DNA of 64,000 nt, from NCBI RefSeq assembly GCF_009914755.1, contig NC_060947.1; one strand, given 5' to 3'. Made by a program: the position numbers and the translations under genes. Below, piece after piece: positions 38,501 to 64,000 of the stretch. A model generated the notes under the pieces. It did not search any database and was not told where the DNA came from. It saw nothing but the letters and a program-made list of their open reading frames with translations. Every line of letters starts with the position of its first letter. The stretch's first letter is position 1. This stretch comes from the human T2T-CHM13v2.0 reference genome, Homo sapiens.

Positions 38501-39312
38501 AATGTGATTCATGACATAAACACAACTAAACAAAAAAACCACATGATTATCTCAATAGAGGCAGAATAGGCTTTCAATAAAATTCAACACCTCTTCATGT
38601 TAAAAACTCTCAATAAACTAAGTATTGAAGAAACATACCTCAATATAATGAGCCATGGCAAACCCACAGTCAATTATTTCAAACCCACAGTAAACATAAT
38701 ACTGAGTGGCCAAAAGCAGAAAGCATTCCCCTTGAAATCCAGCACAAGACAATGATGCTTTCTCTAACCTCTCCTATTTCACATAGTAGTGGAAGTCCTA
38801 GCCAGAGCAATCAGGCAAGAGAAAGAAATAAATGGCATCCAAATAGAAAGAGGCAAAGTCAAACTATTTCAATTTGTAGATGATATGATTCTATATCATT
38901 AAAAAAAAAGTTTTGACCCAGAAGGTTCTTCAGCTCATAAACAACTTCAGCAAAGTTTCAGGATACAAAATCAATGTATGAAAATCACTAGTAATTTTGT
39001 ACATCAACAACAACCAAGATGAGAACCAAATCAGAAAGGTAATCCTAGGAACACCTAGGAATAAAATACCTAGGATACAGCTAACCAGGGTGACAAAAGA
39101 TCTCTACAATGAGAATTACAAAAAGCTGCTCAAAGAAATCAGAAAAGACAAAAAGCACAGGGGAAAACATCCCATGAACATGGAAAGGAATAATCAATAT
39201 TATTAAAATGGCTATACTGCCCAACGCAATTTACAGATTTAATGCTATTCCTATCAAACTGCCAATGAAATTCTTCACAGAACTAGAAAAAAACCTATTT
39301 TAAAATTCAGAT
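35550..39312 (+). mobile_element. Older primate L1 ORF2 segment hosting the SVA
   Basis: Decayed ORF2 is continuous across the SVA TSD; expanded A24 run at ~38156-38179. Confidence 0.85.
36144..38071 (+). mobile_element. Full-length SVA retrotransposon (SVA_D-like)
   Basis: CCCTCT hexamers (~36161-36200), Alu-like region, GC-rich VNTR (~36580-37530), SINE-R, AATAAA and an A-rich tail. Perfect 15-bp TSD AAGACTGAACCAGGA at 36129-36143 and 38072-38086. Confidence 0.97.
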
Positions 39313-42347
<3,035 letters not shown>

Positions 42348-42359
42348 TTTTTTAAAAAA

Positions 42360-45630
<3,271 letters not shown>

Positions 45631-45649
45631 CGCCATTTTTTTTCAAGTC

Positions 45650-46160
45650 CCATCTCAAAGTAATATAAATTATTCTATCATAAAGACACATGCACATATA
45701 TGTACATTGCAGCAGTATTCACAATTGTAAAGACATGGAATCAACCTAAATACCCATCAGTGGTAGACTGGATACATTAAATATGGTGTATATACACCAT
45801 AGAATACTACAAAGCCACAGAAAGAATGATATCATGTCCTTTGCTGGAACATGGATGAAGCTGGAGGCCATTATTCTTAGCAAACTTATGCAGAAACAGT
45901 GAAACAAATACAGAATTTTCTCACTTGTAAGAGTGGAATCTAAATGAGAACACATGGATACATAGAGAGGAACAACACACACTTGGTCCTATCAGAGGGA
46001 GGAGTGTGGGAGGAAGGAGAGGATCAGGAAGAATAACTAATGGGTACCAGGATTAATACATGGGCCATGAAATAATCTGTACAATGAACTCCCATAGCAT
46101 GAGTTTACCTATATAACCAACCTGTATATGTACACCTGAAATTAAAATATAAGTTTTAAA
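45650..46160 (+). mobile_element. Older primate L1 3' end (L1PA13-16-like)
   Basis: ORF2 end and 3'UTR motifs (AAAGACACATGCAC, GAAATAATCTGTACA...). Confidence 0.8.
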
Positions 46161-46566
46161 AGTTTTATAACATAGTTATATTTTAATTTATTGCATATCA
46201 ATAGCTATTATAAATAACAGATCTTCAAGCATATAAATATATTAAATTAGCCTAAAGTTATGTGGGGAAAATAGAACAAATATACAATTCAAAGAGAAAA
46301 ATGAACAATAAAAACTTTCCGACTGTTAAGGAAGAGCTCATTTATTTATTTTCTAAGTTGATGATGGTGTGTATCCAATTACTATGGTAGTTAGATATCA
46401 CTTGTTACATTTATGATGTAAAACTTTTATTAGAAATCTCAATATTTGTAATACACTAGAAATTGCATCCCCTACAACTATTTAAACTTATAATGAATGT
46501 TTGATATCAAACTAAAAATATGTAATGGAGAGAAAAGTTTATCAAAATTATTTTATAAGATTGTCA

Positions 46567-46879
46567 GAAAACCAAACACTGCATGTTCTCACTCATAAGA
46601 GGGAGTTAGACAATGAGAACACATGGACACAGGGAGGGCAACATGACACACTAGGATGTTTCAGGGGGTGTGAGGCAAGGGGAGGGAGAGCATTGGGACA
46701 AATACCTAATGCATGCAGGGCTTAAAACCTAGATGACTTGTTGATAGGTGCAGCAAACCACCATGGCGCATGTATACCTATGTAACAAACCTGCATGTTC
46801 TCCACATGTATCCCAGAACTTAAAGTAAAATAAAATAAAATAAAATAAAATAAAATAAAATAAAATAAAATAAAATAAA
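46567..46879 (+). mobile_element. Short 5'-truncated L1PA7/8-like insertion with a (TAAAA)n tail
   Basis: 3'UTR only. 10-bp TSD AAGATTGTCA at 46557-46566 and 46880-46889; about 11 TAAAA units at 46826-46880. Confidence 0.92.
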
Positions 46880-47519
46880 AAGATTGTCATGCAAAAATGC
46901 TTAAAAATGGCCATCCTAAGGCTTTGAATAATTCTATTGTTTTATCATGGAGAGCACCTAATGAAGATACATGTCCTGGGGCTGGAGAGGCAATTGTCCT
47001 GGAGTCACCCTGATGAATAGGAATCATACATTTCCACTCAAACTCCCTTTCTTTCTCTAGCCATTATTTCTACATATAGATATATTTTCAAGGATAAGTG
47101 GAATAAAAAGCCTCCTCTGTGGAGGAATTTGAGGCTTTAAGGAACAGAATACCCAGCTACCAAACCTCTCTCTTCACCATTACTACGGCCAAAGACCTTC
47201 TATTTCATTCTTTGGATCTCAGATTTATCTTTTGCCAAATCTATCAAAATGAAAGTGTGACTCAGAGCAGAAGAAATTCCTTGTCAGTCTATTTGTAGCA
47301 AAAATTACCAAAAATTGAGGTTAAAAAGTAGATGCTAAGGATTAGAAAAAGAAGAGTAAATTTAGGAGAGGAAGAAAAATTCATACATTCATCAGTACAC
47401 ATACTAGTACATTTCAGTAAGCATTATTGAGTCCACTTTAATTGAGTTCTGAAAGGGAAGGTGTGAGGCCCAAAAACAAACTTCACAACCTGCACATTTT
47501 CCCAGGGGTTGTTCTTATT

Positions 47520-49095
47520 CTCTTGTATAAAAGTCAAAAATGCAGCAGACAATTGAAGGAGATTATTTTATTCAGGCTATTGCCATACATATAAAGTTTA
47601 TCAACAAAGAATCAACTTATTAATTAAGAAAAAGAAAGGGGCCTGAAGTTTTATAAAGATGGTTAGACAGAGGAGTCTTGAGGAAGGGTAGATAAGTCTT
47701 ATTTAAAGGGTGGAGGTGGTTGTTACTGGATGCCACCGTGCAGCTCTAGGCACTTGATGTCCCGAACAAAGAATTGAATGAGACACACACAGATAGCAAA
47801 GCAAGCAGCAAAAGTTTATTAAGCACAGTATTACACTCTCAGAGAAGGAGAACGAACTGACCTCTGCAAGATGTGATCAGCATTACTTTGGTGTACTTTG
47901 TGTCTTTTGTGTGTTTTTTTTCCTTCTCTTCCCAAGGCTGCTTAATCTCTAGCCAGTGTCTGCCTTTTGACTGATAGGTGTGTTGCTTAGTTACTTTGGC
48001 GGGTGTGTGCTTTCACGTGCCTCTATCCCATAATTTTAACTACATGAAAGATATGCAGTCCATATGCATGAGCTTAAATGAGCTGATTATCATACAGATT
48101 CATTTTAAGGATACTTCTTCTCTTTAATGCGCATGCCTATCCCTGAAGAGTTGCCCCTTACTAGTCTGGTCCGGATTCTGCCTGCTTTGGGTCCTTGCTT
48201 GCTTCTTTATCTTATTTTTTTGTTTTGGCTACTTAATTTCTACCTCCTATCTTGCTTCTTGATTACCCACCCCTTCACCTGGCTTCTGCTCAATACTTTT
48301 ACTCATTCCACCCCTTATCCAACTTTTAATTCCCTTGCTATTCTCCTGCGTCATTCTCCACATTCTTCTGCCTCAGTCAGTTCTCAAAATACACAAGCAA
48401 AGGAAAAAAACAGTTTGAGAAAAGTTTTGAATTGATTTCCCAGAACACAGGGCTCAGATAAAGTTTAACATTGTCAATTTCCCTTTTGTTGGAGACAAAT
48501 TAAGTTTGTCACTGAACAACTCAGAAGTAATTTAAAGCCCGCTTTACCAGGGTCCATGAAATAGTCTCTCAATGACTTTTGTTGGCATTCTTCCTGGAAA
48601 ACTGGTTGAATCATCTATTGAAAGGATGTGGCAAAGGTCAGTTTTTTAGGGTCCTAACGCCTAGGCATCTTTAAAAAAGGGATACCTAAAATCTAGTCCA
48701 ATTTACTGTTAGGTACCAAAACTATATTTGGGCGGGGGGTGGCTAAAAAGGAGGTTTTAAGCAATTCAATTAAATCTTTACCAGGCAAGTCAGAGTTTGC
48801 ATACCCATTAGTAACAAATAACTCAAAGATAAAATAACAACGCTAGAATTGATAACTCCAAATGGTGTGCTATAGATTATGCTTAGTTTTCTATTGAAAC
48901 ACAAAATTTATCTCTGTAGTCGCCCCGTTTTTGGTCAATGTGAATCTCAAAGAAAAATTATTTTTGACCATGAAATAAGGCTGGTATCATTAAATTTGAC
49001 TATTTAGATAGATGCAAAAAGAATGGCAATTTATCATATAGGCTTTTTAAAAGTTTGCTTTGCTGGAAATGTTTATAAAGAATCTCATATTAAAC
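47520..49095 (-). mobile_element. ERV1-class LTR plus internal remnant (MER90/92/110-like, uncertain), interrupted by another LTR
   Basis: Minus-strand LTR start TGACAATGTTAAACTTTATCTGAGCCCTGTG at ~48476, preceded by a purine tract. A related LTR start lies at ~49685. Confidence 0.45.
47721..48375 (-). mobile_element. ERV1-class solo LTR (family uncertain)
   Basis: Minus strand TGA(G/C)GCAG...GAGAATAGC start, AATAAA (~47815-47820) and ...TAACA end. Confidence 0.6.
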
Positions 49096-49096
49096 T

Positions 49097-49500
49097 TTTA
49101 ATTTTTTATTGTGATAAAATATACATAACATGAAATCTACCATTTTAATAATATTAAGCCTACAATTAAGTGACATTCACAACATTGTGCAATCATTGCC
49201 ACTATCCATTTTCATCATCCCAAATAGAACCCCTGTACCTATTAAACAAGAACTCCCCATTCTATCCCCTTCAGCTCCTGGTAACCTCTATTCTTCTTTT
49301 CATCTCTAAGAATTAGCTTATCCTTGGTACTTTATACAAGTGGAATCATATAATATTCATCCTTTTGTGTAAGACTTCACTTAGCATAATGTTTTCAAGG
49401 CTTATCCCTGTTGTAGCATGTATCAGAATTTTATTCCTTCTTAATTCTGAATAATAGTCCATTGCATATATACCACATTTTGTTTATCCATTTATCTGCC
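49097..49500 (-). mobile_element. L1MB-like 3' fragment
   Basis: TTTTATTGTGATAAAATATACATAACAT... is a typical reverse-complement L1MB 3' end. Confidence 0.7.
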
Positions 49501-50076
49501 ATGAGAAAAGGTGCACAGTGAGTCTTATCTGAAGGACAGAAGCAGTTAGTTCTCAGAATACACCATGGCAAGGTGGTCCTTTGTGGTTAGCTGTTCAGAA
49601 CACAAAAGGGTATTTGGGGGTGAGGGATTTTCAACTGTCCCTGCTTTCCAGGAGCACAAGGCTCAAATAAAGTTCTAAATTGTCACATGACACACCATCT
49701 TTCTCCTTTTCAGGTTGGTGGTGGCGGGGGAAGGAAAGCTCAATCTAACAGTGCATTAAAAAAAAGAGATGCAAAGACAAACTTCTTGGACACCCAGCAG
49801 TGTCAGAGAAAGAAATAGAGCTAGTCCAATTGTTCAAAATTTGTTATTAATATTTCTTTATCCACAAACTTCCAGAATTACCTAATAACTTGGAGTAGAA
49901 GTAAACATAATCAAAAATGAAACTTGACAGTTATTTACTCACTAGCGCCTCCTCATTTTCTAGGGAATCTACTAGTAACTCTATGTCCTCCAAGCAAGCA
50001 CATGAAATCTATCATTATATTTCTCTCAATTAAAACTATTAAACTATGTTCTGTGAAACAGCCAATACCTCATAAC

Positions 50077-50462
50077 TGTCAGGCCTCTGAGCCCAAGCTA
50101 AGCCATCATATCCCCTGTGACCTGCACTTACACATCCAGATGGCCGGAAGCAACTGAAGATCCACAAAGGAAGTGAAAATAGCCTTAACTGATGACATTC
50201 CACCACTGTGATTTGTTCCTGCCCCACCCTAACTGATATGATATATTCTCCCCCGCCCTTAAGAAGGTACTTTGTAATATTCTCCCCTGCCCTTAAGAAT
50301 GTATTGTGTACTCCTATCCCAAACCTATACTAATGATAATCCCACCACCCTTTGCTGGCTCCTTTTTTGGACTCAGCCTGCCTGCACCCAGGTGAAATAA
50401 ACTGCCTTGTTGCTCACGCAAAGCCTGTTTGGTGGACTCTCTTCACACGAACGCGTGTGACA
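50077..50462 (+). mobile_element. Solo HERV-H LTR (LTR7, B/C-like)
   Basis: TGTCAGGCCTCTGAGCCCAAGCTAAGCCATC start, AATAAA (~50396) and ...GTGTGACA end. 5-bp TSD ATAAC at 50072-50076 and 50463-50467. Confidence 0.93.
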
Positions 50463-50579
50463 ATAACACCATAAAAATGTGATTCACCCCCAAGAAAAGT
50501 GAATACATTTTCACTTGGTAAATTGTCAGTCATACCTCCAAGCTCTATGCACATTTTCATAAGTAAAAGAGCGCTCATA

Positions 50580-53790
<3,211 letters not shown>

Positions 53791-53794
53791 AAAC

Positions 53795-60119
<6,325 letters not shown>

Positions 60120-60120
<1 letters not shown>

Positions 60121-62934
60121 AATAAATGTTGGAAAGCAAATTATATATGTGTATATATATATATATATATATGTCATTGGCCAAGAAACTGCTCCAGATG
60201 ATAGGAGAATACAGAAACATGACAAGTTCCTGCAACACACGATCCTTGATTACCTTGTACAGGAAGGGAAAATGTTATATGAGATATTATGAGAAAATAT
60301 ATCATATATATATCTATATTATAATGTAGTCCATATATTTTATAAAACTATTCTTTTAATGTTAAAGTTCTGAACTTGATAACTGTATTATGGTTATGTT
60401 AGGTGAATATTTTTCTTCTTAGAAAATATATATGGAAGTATTCAAAGATATGTTGGTATGATGCATGCAACCTATTTTCAAAGGCTTCGGAAAAAAACAA
60501 ATCATAATATATATCTGAGAGAGGGAGAGAACAATAAAGCAATATGGTAAACTGTTAAAAAATGACAAATCTTTGTGAAAGGTACATAAGAATTCTTTGA
60601 ATTTTTCTTGCTACTTTTCTGTAAATTTGAAACTATTTTAAAATAAAAACTTTGGAATATATTTAAGAAGTCCTTAATTGCTTTTATTTATCGTGCTTTT
60701 TTACGGTTTTCTTAATGTTTCTTTTGTCTAAAGCTAAATCTTTGTTTAGTTTTTTTCATTTTTGGGCTTATAGTTTTCTCCAAATTTGGGGAAAAAGATT
60801 GGTCATTATTTATTCATATTAATTTTTCATCAAATACTCCTTCTGGGACTCCAATTACATATATATTGAATAGTTTGATATTGTCCCACAGTTCACTAAT
60901 GTTCTGTTTGCTTTCTCAATCTTTTTTCAGGACATTTTTTCTCTCCTGTTTTCTTTCTCTCCCCTTTCAGATAACAATTACGCACATGCTAGATCTTTTT
61001 ACTGTAACACATGTCCTATGCTCATATATATATATTATATATCCATCCTATTTTCCCTCCATTTTCTTATTCAACTGACCTATCTTCTGCTTTACTAATC
61101 TTCTCTTCTGTTATATCTAATGTGCTTTTAAAACTATCTGATTGAGATAATGATTTCAAATATTTTTATGTTTATTTTATTTTATTTTAGGTTCCAGGAT
61201 ACAAATGCAGAATGTGCAGGCTTTTTAAATAGGTAAATGTGTACCATGGTGGTTTGCTGTACCTATCAACCCATTACCTATGTATTAAGCCCTGCATGCT
61301 TTAGCTATTTGTTCTGTTGTTCTCCCTCCCTCTGTCCCCCTGACAGGCCCCAGTGTGTGTTGTTCTCCTCCCTGTGTGTTTCCGTCTTTCTTACTTCTAT
61401 GCCCCATTTTGCATTACTTCTGCTACTTCTTCAAGTTCACAATTTTTTCTAAAATGTCTAATCTGCTGTGACTCTCATTCAGTGTATTTCACATTTCATC
61501 AGAGCATATTTATAATAGCTGTTTTAGTATTCTTATTGTAATTTCATCTTCTCTGTCATGTCTGAGTCTGTTTCTACTGATGGGTTTATCCCTGGTTATG
61601 GGCCATATTTTTCTTGTTTCCTTATATAGCTAGAAAATCTTGATTGGATGCTAATCATTGTAAATTTTATGTTGTTGAATTCTGGATTTTGTTGTCTTCT
61701 TTCTAAGCCTGTTGTACTTTTTTGGCAGGCAGTTAAGTAATTTGGAAATTAACTTGATAATTTTAGTGTTTATTTGTAAATTATTTACATCAGTCATAGA
61801 GTTGTCTTTATTCTGGGGCCAATATTTTTTTCATTTTTTAGATTTAGCCCTTTAGGTCTTTGCCCTTTGGCAGGAGGTAAGTTGAATAATTCTCAGCCTT
61901 CTGAGAACTGTAAGATTTTTGGCTGACAGTTCCTTGAAAATTGATTTTCTTTAGAAATTGATTTTTCTGGGCATGTTGGTTTTTTTCATATGCATACAGA
62001 GATTGGTATTCAGCCAAAGGCTCAAGGAAATGCCTATCCTGATTTATGGAACTTTTTCTCCATGTAGTTCCCTTCTCTCAAGCACTCTACCCTGAAATTT
62101 ATTGCCTCCCTGAACTGTCATTTTTTTTTTTTTGTCTCCTCAACTCAAAGAGATCCCAAAGTTTTGTTTTCATTGTCCCTCCTTATGTAGTAATCTTGGG
62201 GTTACTTCCCAGTAGCAAGCTTAGGTGACTTTAGGGTTCACATCTTATGTTTCTGTTTTCTAAGTGATTATTTGTTTGTGCTCTATTTGGGTGGAAAATA
62301 GTTATTTTCTATATTTTCTCCAGTTTTCTAGTTTTTTACAGTGAAAAAAAGTTATTCTGGACTTACTACCTCGTTGACAGAAGAAATTACACTCATGAAT
62401 AGAAGCAGAAGTAAGAGTAACCTTCATTTTTGGGGGAACAAATTCTAGTTTGGTACTTGTTTTAACACTTCAAATATGTCATTAAATTGTGAGGCATGTT
62501 GTTGCTATTTTGTAGGTTAATTGTTAATGTGTCTTCTTTCTTGCTGCTTTAAAAATGTATCTCTTTGTCTTTCATTTTTATTTGTTTTACTAGAATATTT
62601 CTAGGTGGCATTCTTTGAATTTGCCCTGCTTGGCATTCATAGAGTTTCATGATTCTGGAACTTCCTGACTTTCATCAGTTCTGGAAAAAGGTAGCCAGAT
62701 CTCTTAAAACATTTTTTCTGTCCTGTTCTCTTTCTCCTCCTTGTCAGATTCCAATTACACACATGCTAGATCGTTTTACTATATCACAAGTTCCATGCTC
62801 TTTTATATATATATATCCATCCTATTTTCCCTCCATTTTCTCATTTAATGGACCTATCTTCTGCTTTACTAATCTTCTCTTCTGTTGTGTCTAATGTGCT
62901 TTTAAAACCATCTGATTGAGATATTGATTTCAAA
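60120..62934. mobile_element. Highly diverged L1M fragments with (TA)n tracts
   Basis: L1MC/ME-like motifs on both strands; (TA)n at ~60142-60172. Boundaries approximate. Confidence 0.5.
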
Positions 62935-63150
62935 TATTTTTTGTTAATTTTATTTTATTTTAGGTTACAGGATACATATGCAGAACATGCAGGTTTGTTA
63001 CATAAGTAAACATGTGCCATGGTGGTTTGCTGTACCTGTCAACCCATCACCTAGGTACTAAGCCCTGCATGCATTAGCTATTTGTCCTGATGTTCTCCCT
63101 CCCTCTGTCCCCCTGACAGGCCATGGTATGTGTTGTTTTCCTCCCTGTGT
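60932..63150. repeat. Dispersed direct repeat of ~445 bp (60932-61377 and 62709-63150)
   Basis: Two colinear copies, roughly 85-90% identical by eye, each spanning flank, poly(T) and the L1 3'UTR. Confidence 0.9.
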
Positions 63151-64000
63151 CCATGTGTTTTCATTGTTCAGCTCTCACTTATGAGTGAGAACATACAGTT
63201 TGGTATTCTGTTCTTGTGTTAGTTCGCTGAGGATAATGGCTTCTAGCTTTATCCCTGTTCCTGCAAAGGACATAATCTTGTTCCTTTTTATTGATGCATA
63301 GTATTCTATGGCGTATATGTACCACATTTTCTTTATCCAGTCTATCATTGTTGGGCATTTGGGTTAGTTCCAAGTCTTTGCTATTGTGAATAGTACTGCA
63401 ATAAACATATATGTGCATGTATCTTTATAATAAAATGATTTGTATTCCTTTGGGTATATACCCAGTAATAGGATTGCTGGGTCAAATGGTATTTCTGGTT
63501 CTAGATCCTTGAGGAATCACCACACTGTCTTCCACAGTGGTTGAGCTAATTTACATTACCACCAACAGTGTAAAAGCATTTCTATTTACCTGCAGCCTCG
63601 CCAGCATCTGTTGTTTCTTGACTTTTTAATAATCGTCATTCTGACGGACATGAGATGGTATCTTATTGTGGTTTTGATTTGCATTTCACTAATAATCAGG
63701 ATGTTTAGCTTTTTTTCATGTTTGTTGGCTACATAAGTGTCTTCTTTTGAAAAGCATCTGTTCATGTCCTTTGCCCACTTTTTAATGAGGTTATTTGTTT
63801 TTTTCTTGTACATTTGTTTAAGTTCTTTGTAAAGTCTGGGTATTAGACTTTTGTCAGATGGGTAGATTGCAAAAATTTTCTCTCATTGTGTAGGTTGTCT
63901 GTTCACTCTGAAGATAGTTTCTTTTGCTGTGCAGAAGCTCTTTAGTTTAATTAAATGCCATTTGTCAATTTTAGCTTTTTTTGCAATTGCTTTTGGGGAT
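62935..64000 (-). mobile_element. L1PA8-11-like 3' end, runs off the window
   Basis: T-rich tail, 3'UTR and ORF2 C-terminal fragments on the minus strand. Confidence 0.9.

Overview
Hominid (very probably human) intergenic DNA made almost entirely of nested retroelements. I see no intact protein-coding gene, RNA gene or CRISPR-like system. It holds two full-length processed pseudogenes with poly(A) tails and target-site duplications (TSDs): a WBP11 retrocopy (+, 5749-8480) and a hexokinase-2 retrocopy (-, 15219-20827). The latter matches HK2P1, which from memory places the window on Xq21. There is also a full-length SVA (+, 36144-38071), about 15 LINE-1 copies or fragments from old L1M to L1PA3-5, two Alus, and several ERV LTR/internal pieces (MER50-like, MER4A1-like, LTR7). 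Most notable observations: (1) two L1 copies form a ~2-kb inverted repeat (39745-41750 / 42360-44386) and share private substitutions, including an identical AG>TT nonsense change, which suggests arm-to-arm gene conversion; (2) the SVA has a 17-nt 5' extension that may identify its source element; (3) HK2P1 keeps a CpG-island-like 5'UTR, miRNA seed sites and a 480-aa ORF that joins two half-domains in permuted order; (4) a 445-bp local duplication spans an L1 poly(A) junction; (5) perfect micro-hairpins sit inside old repeats. Subfamily names come from recalled consensus sequences and need RepeatMasker/Dfam confirmation.
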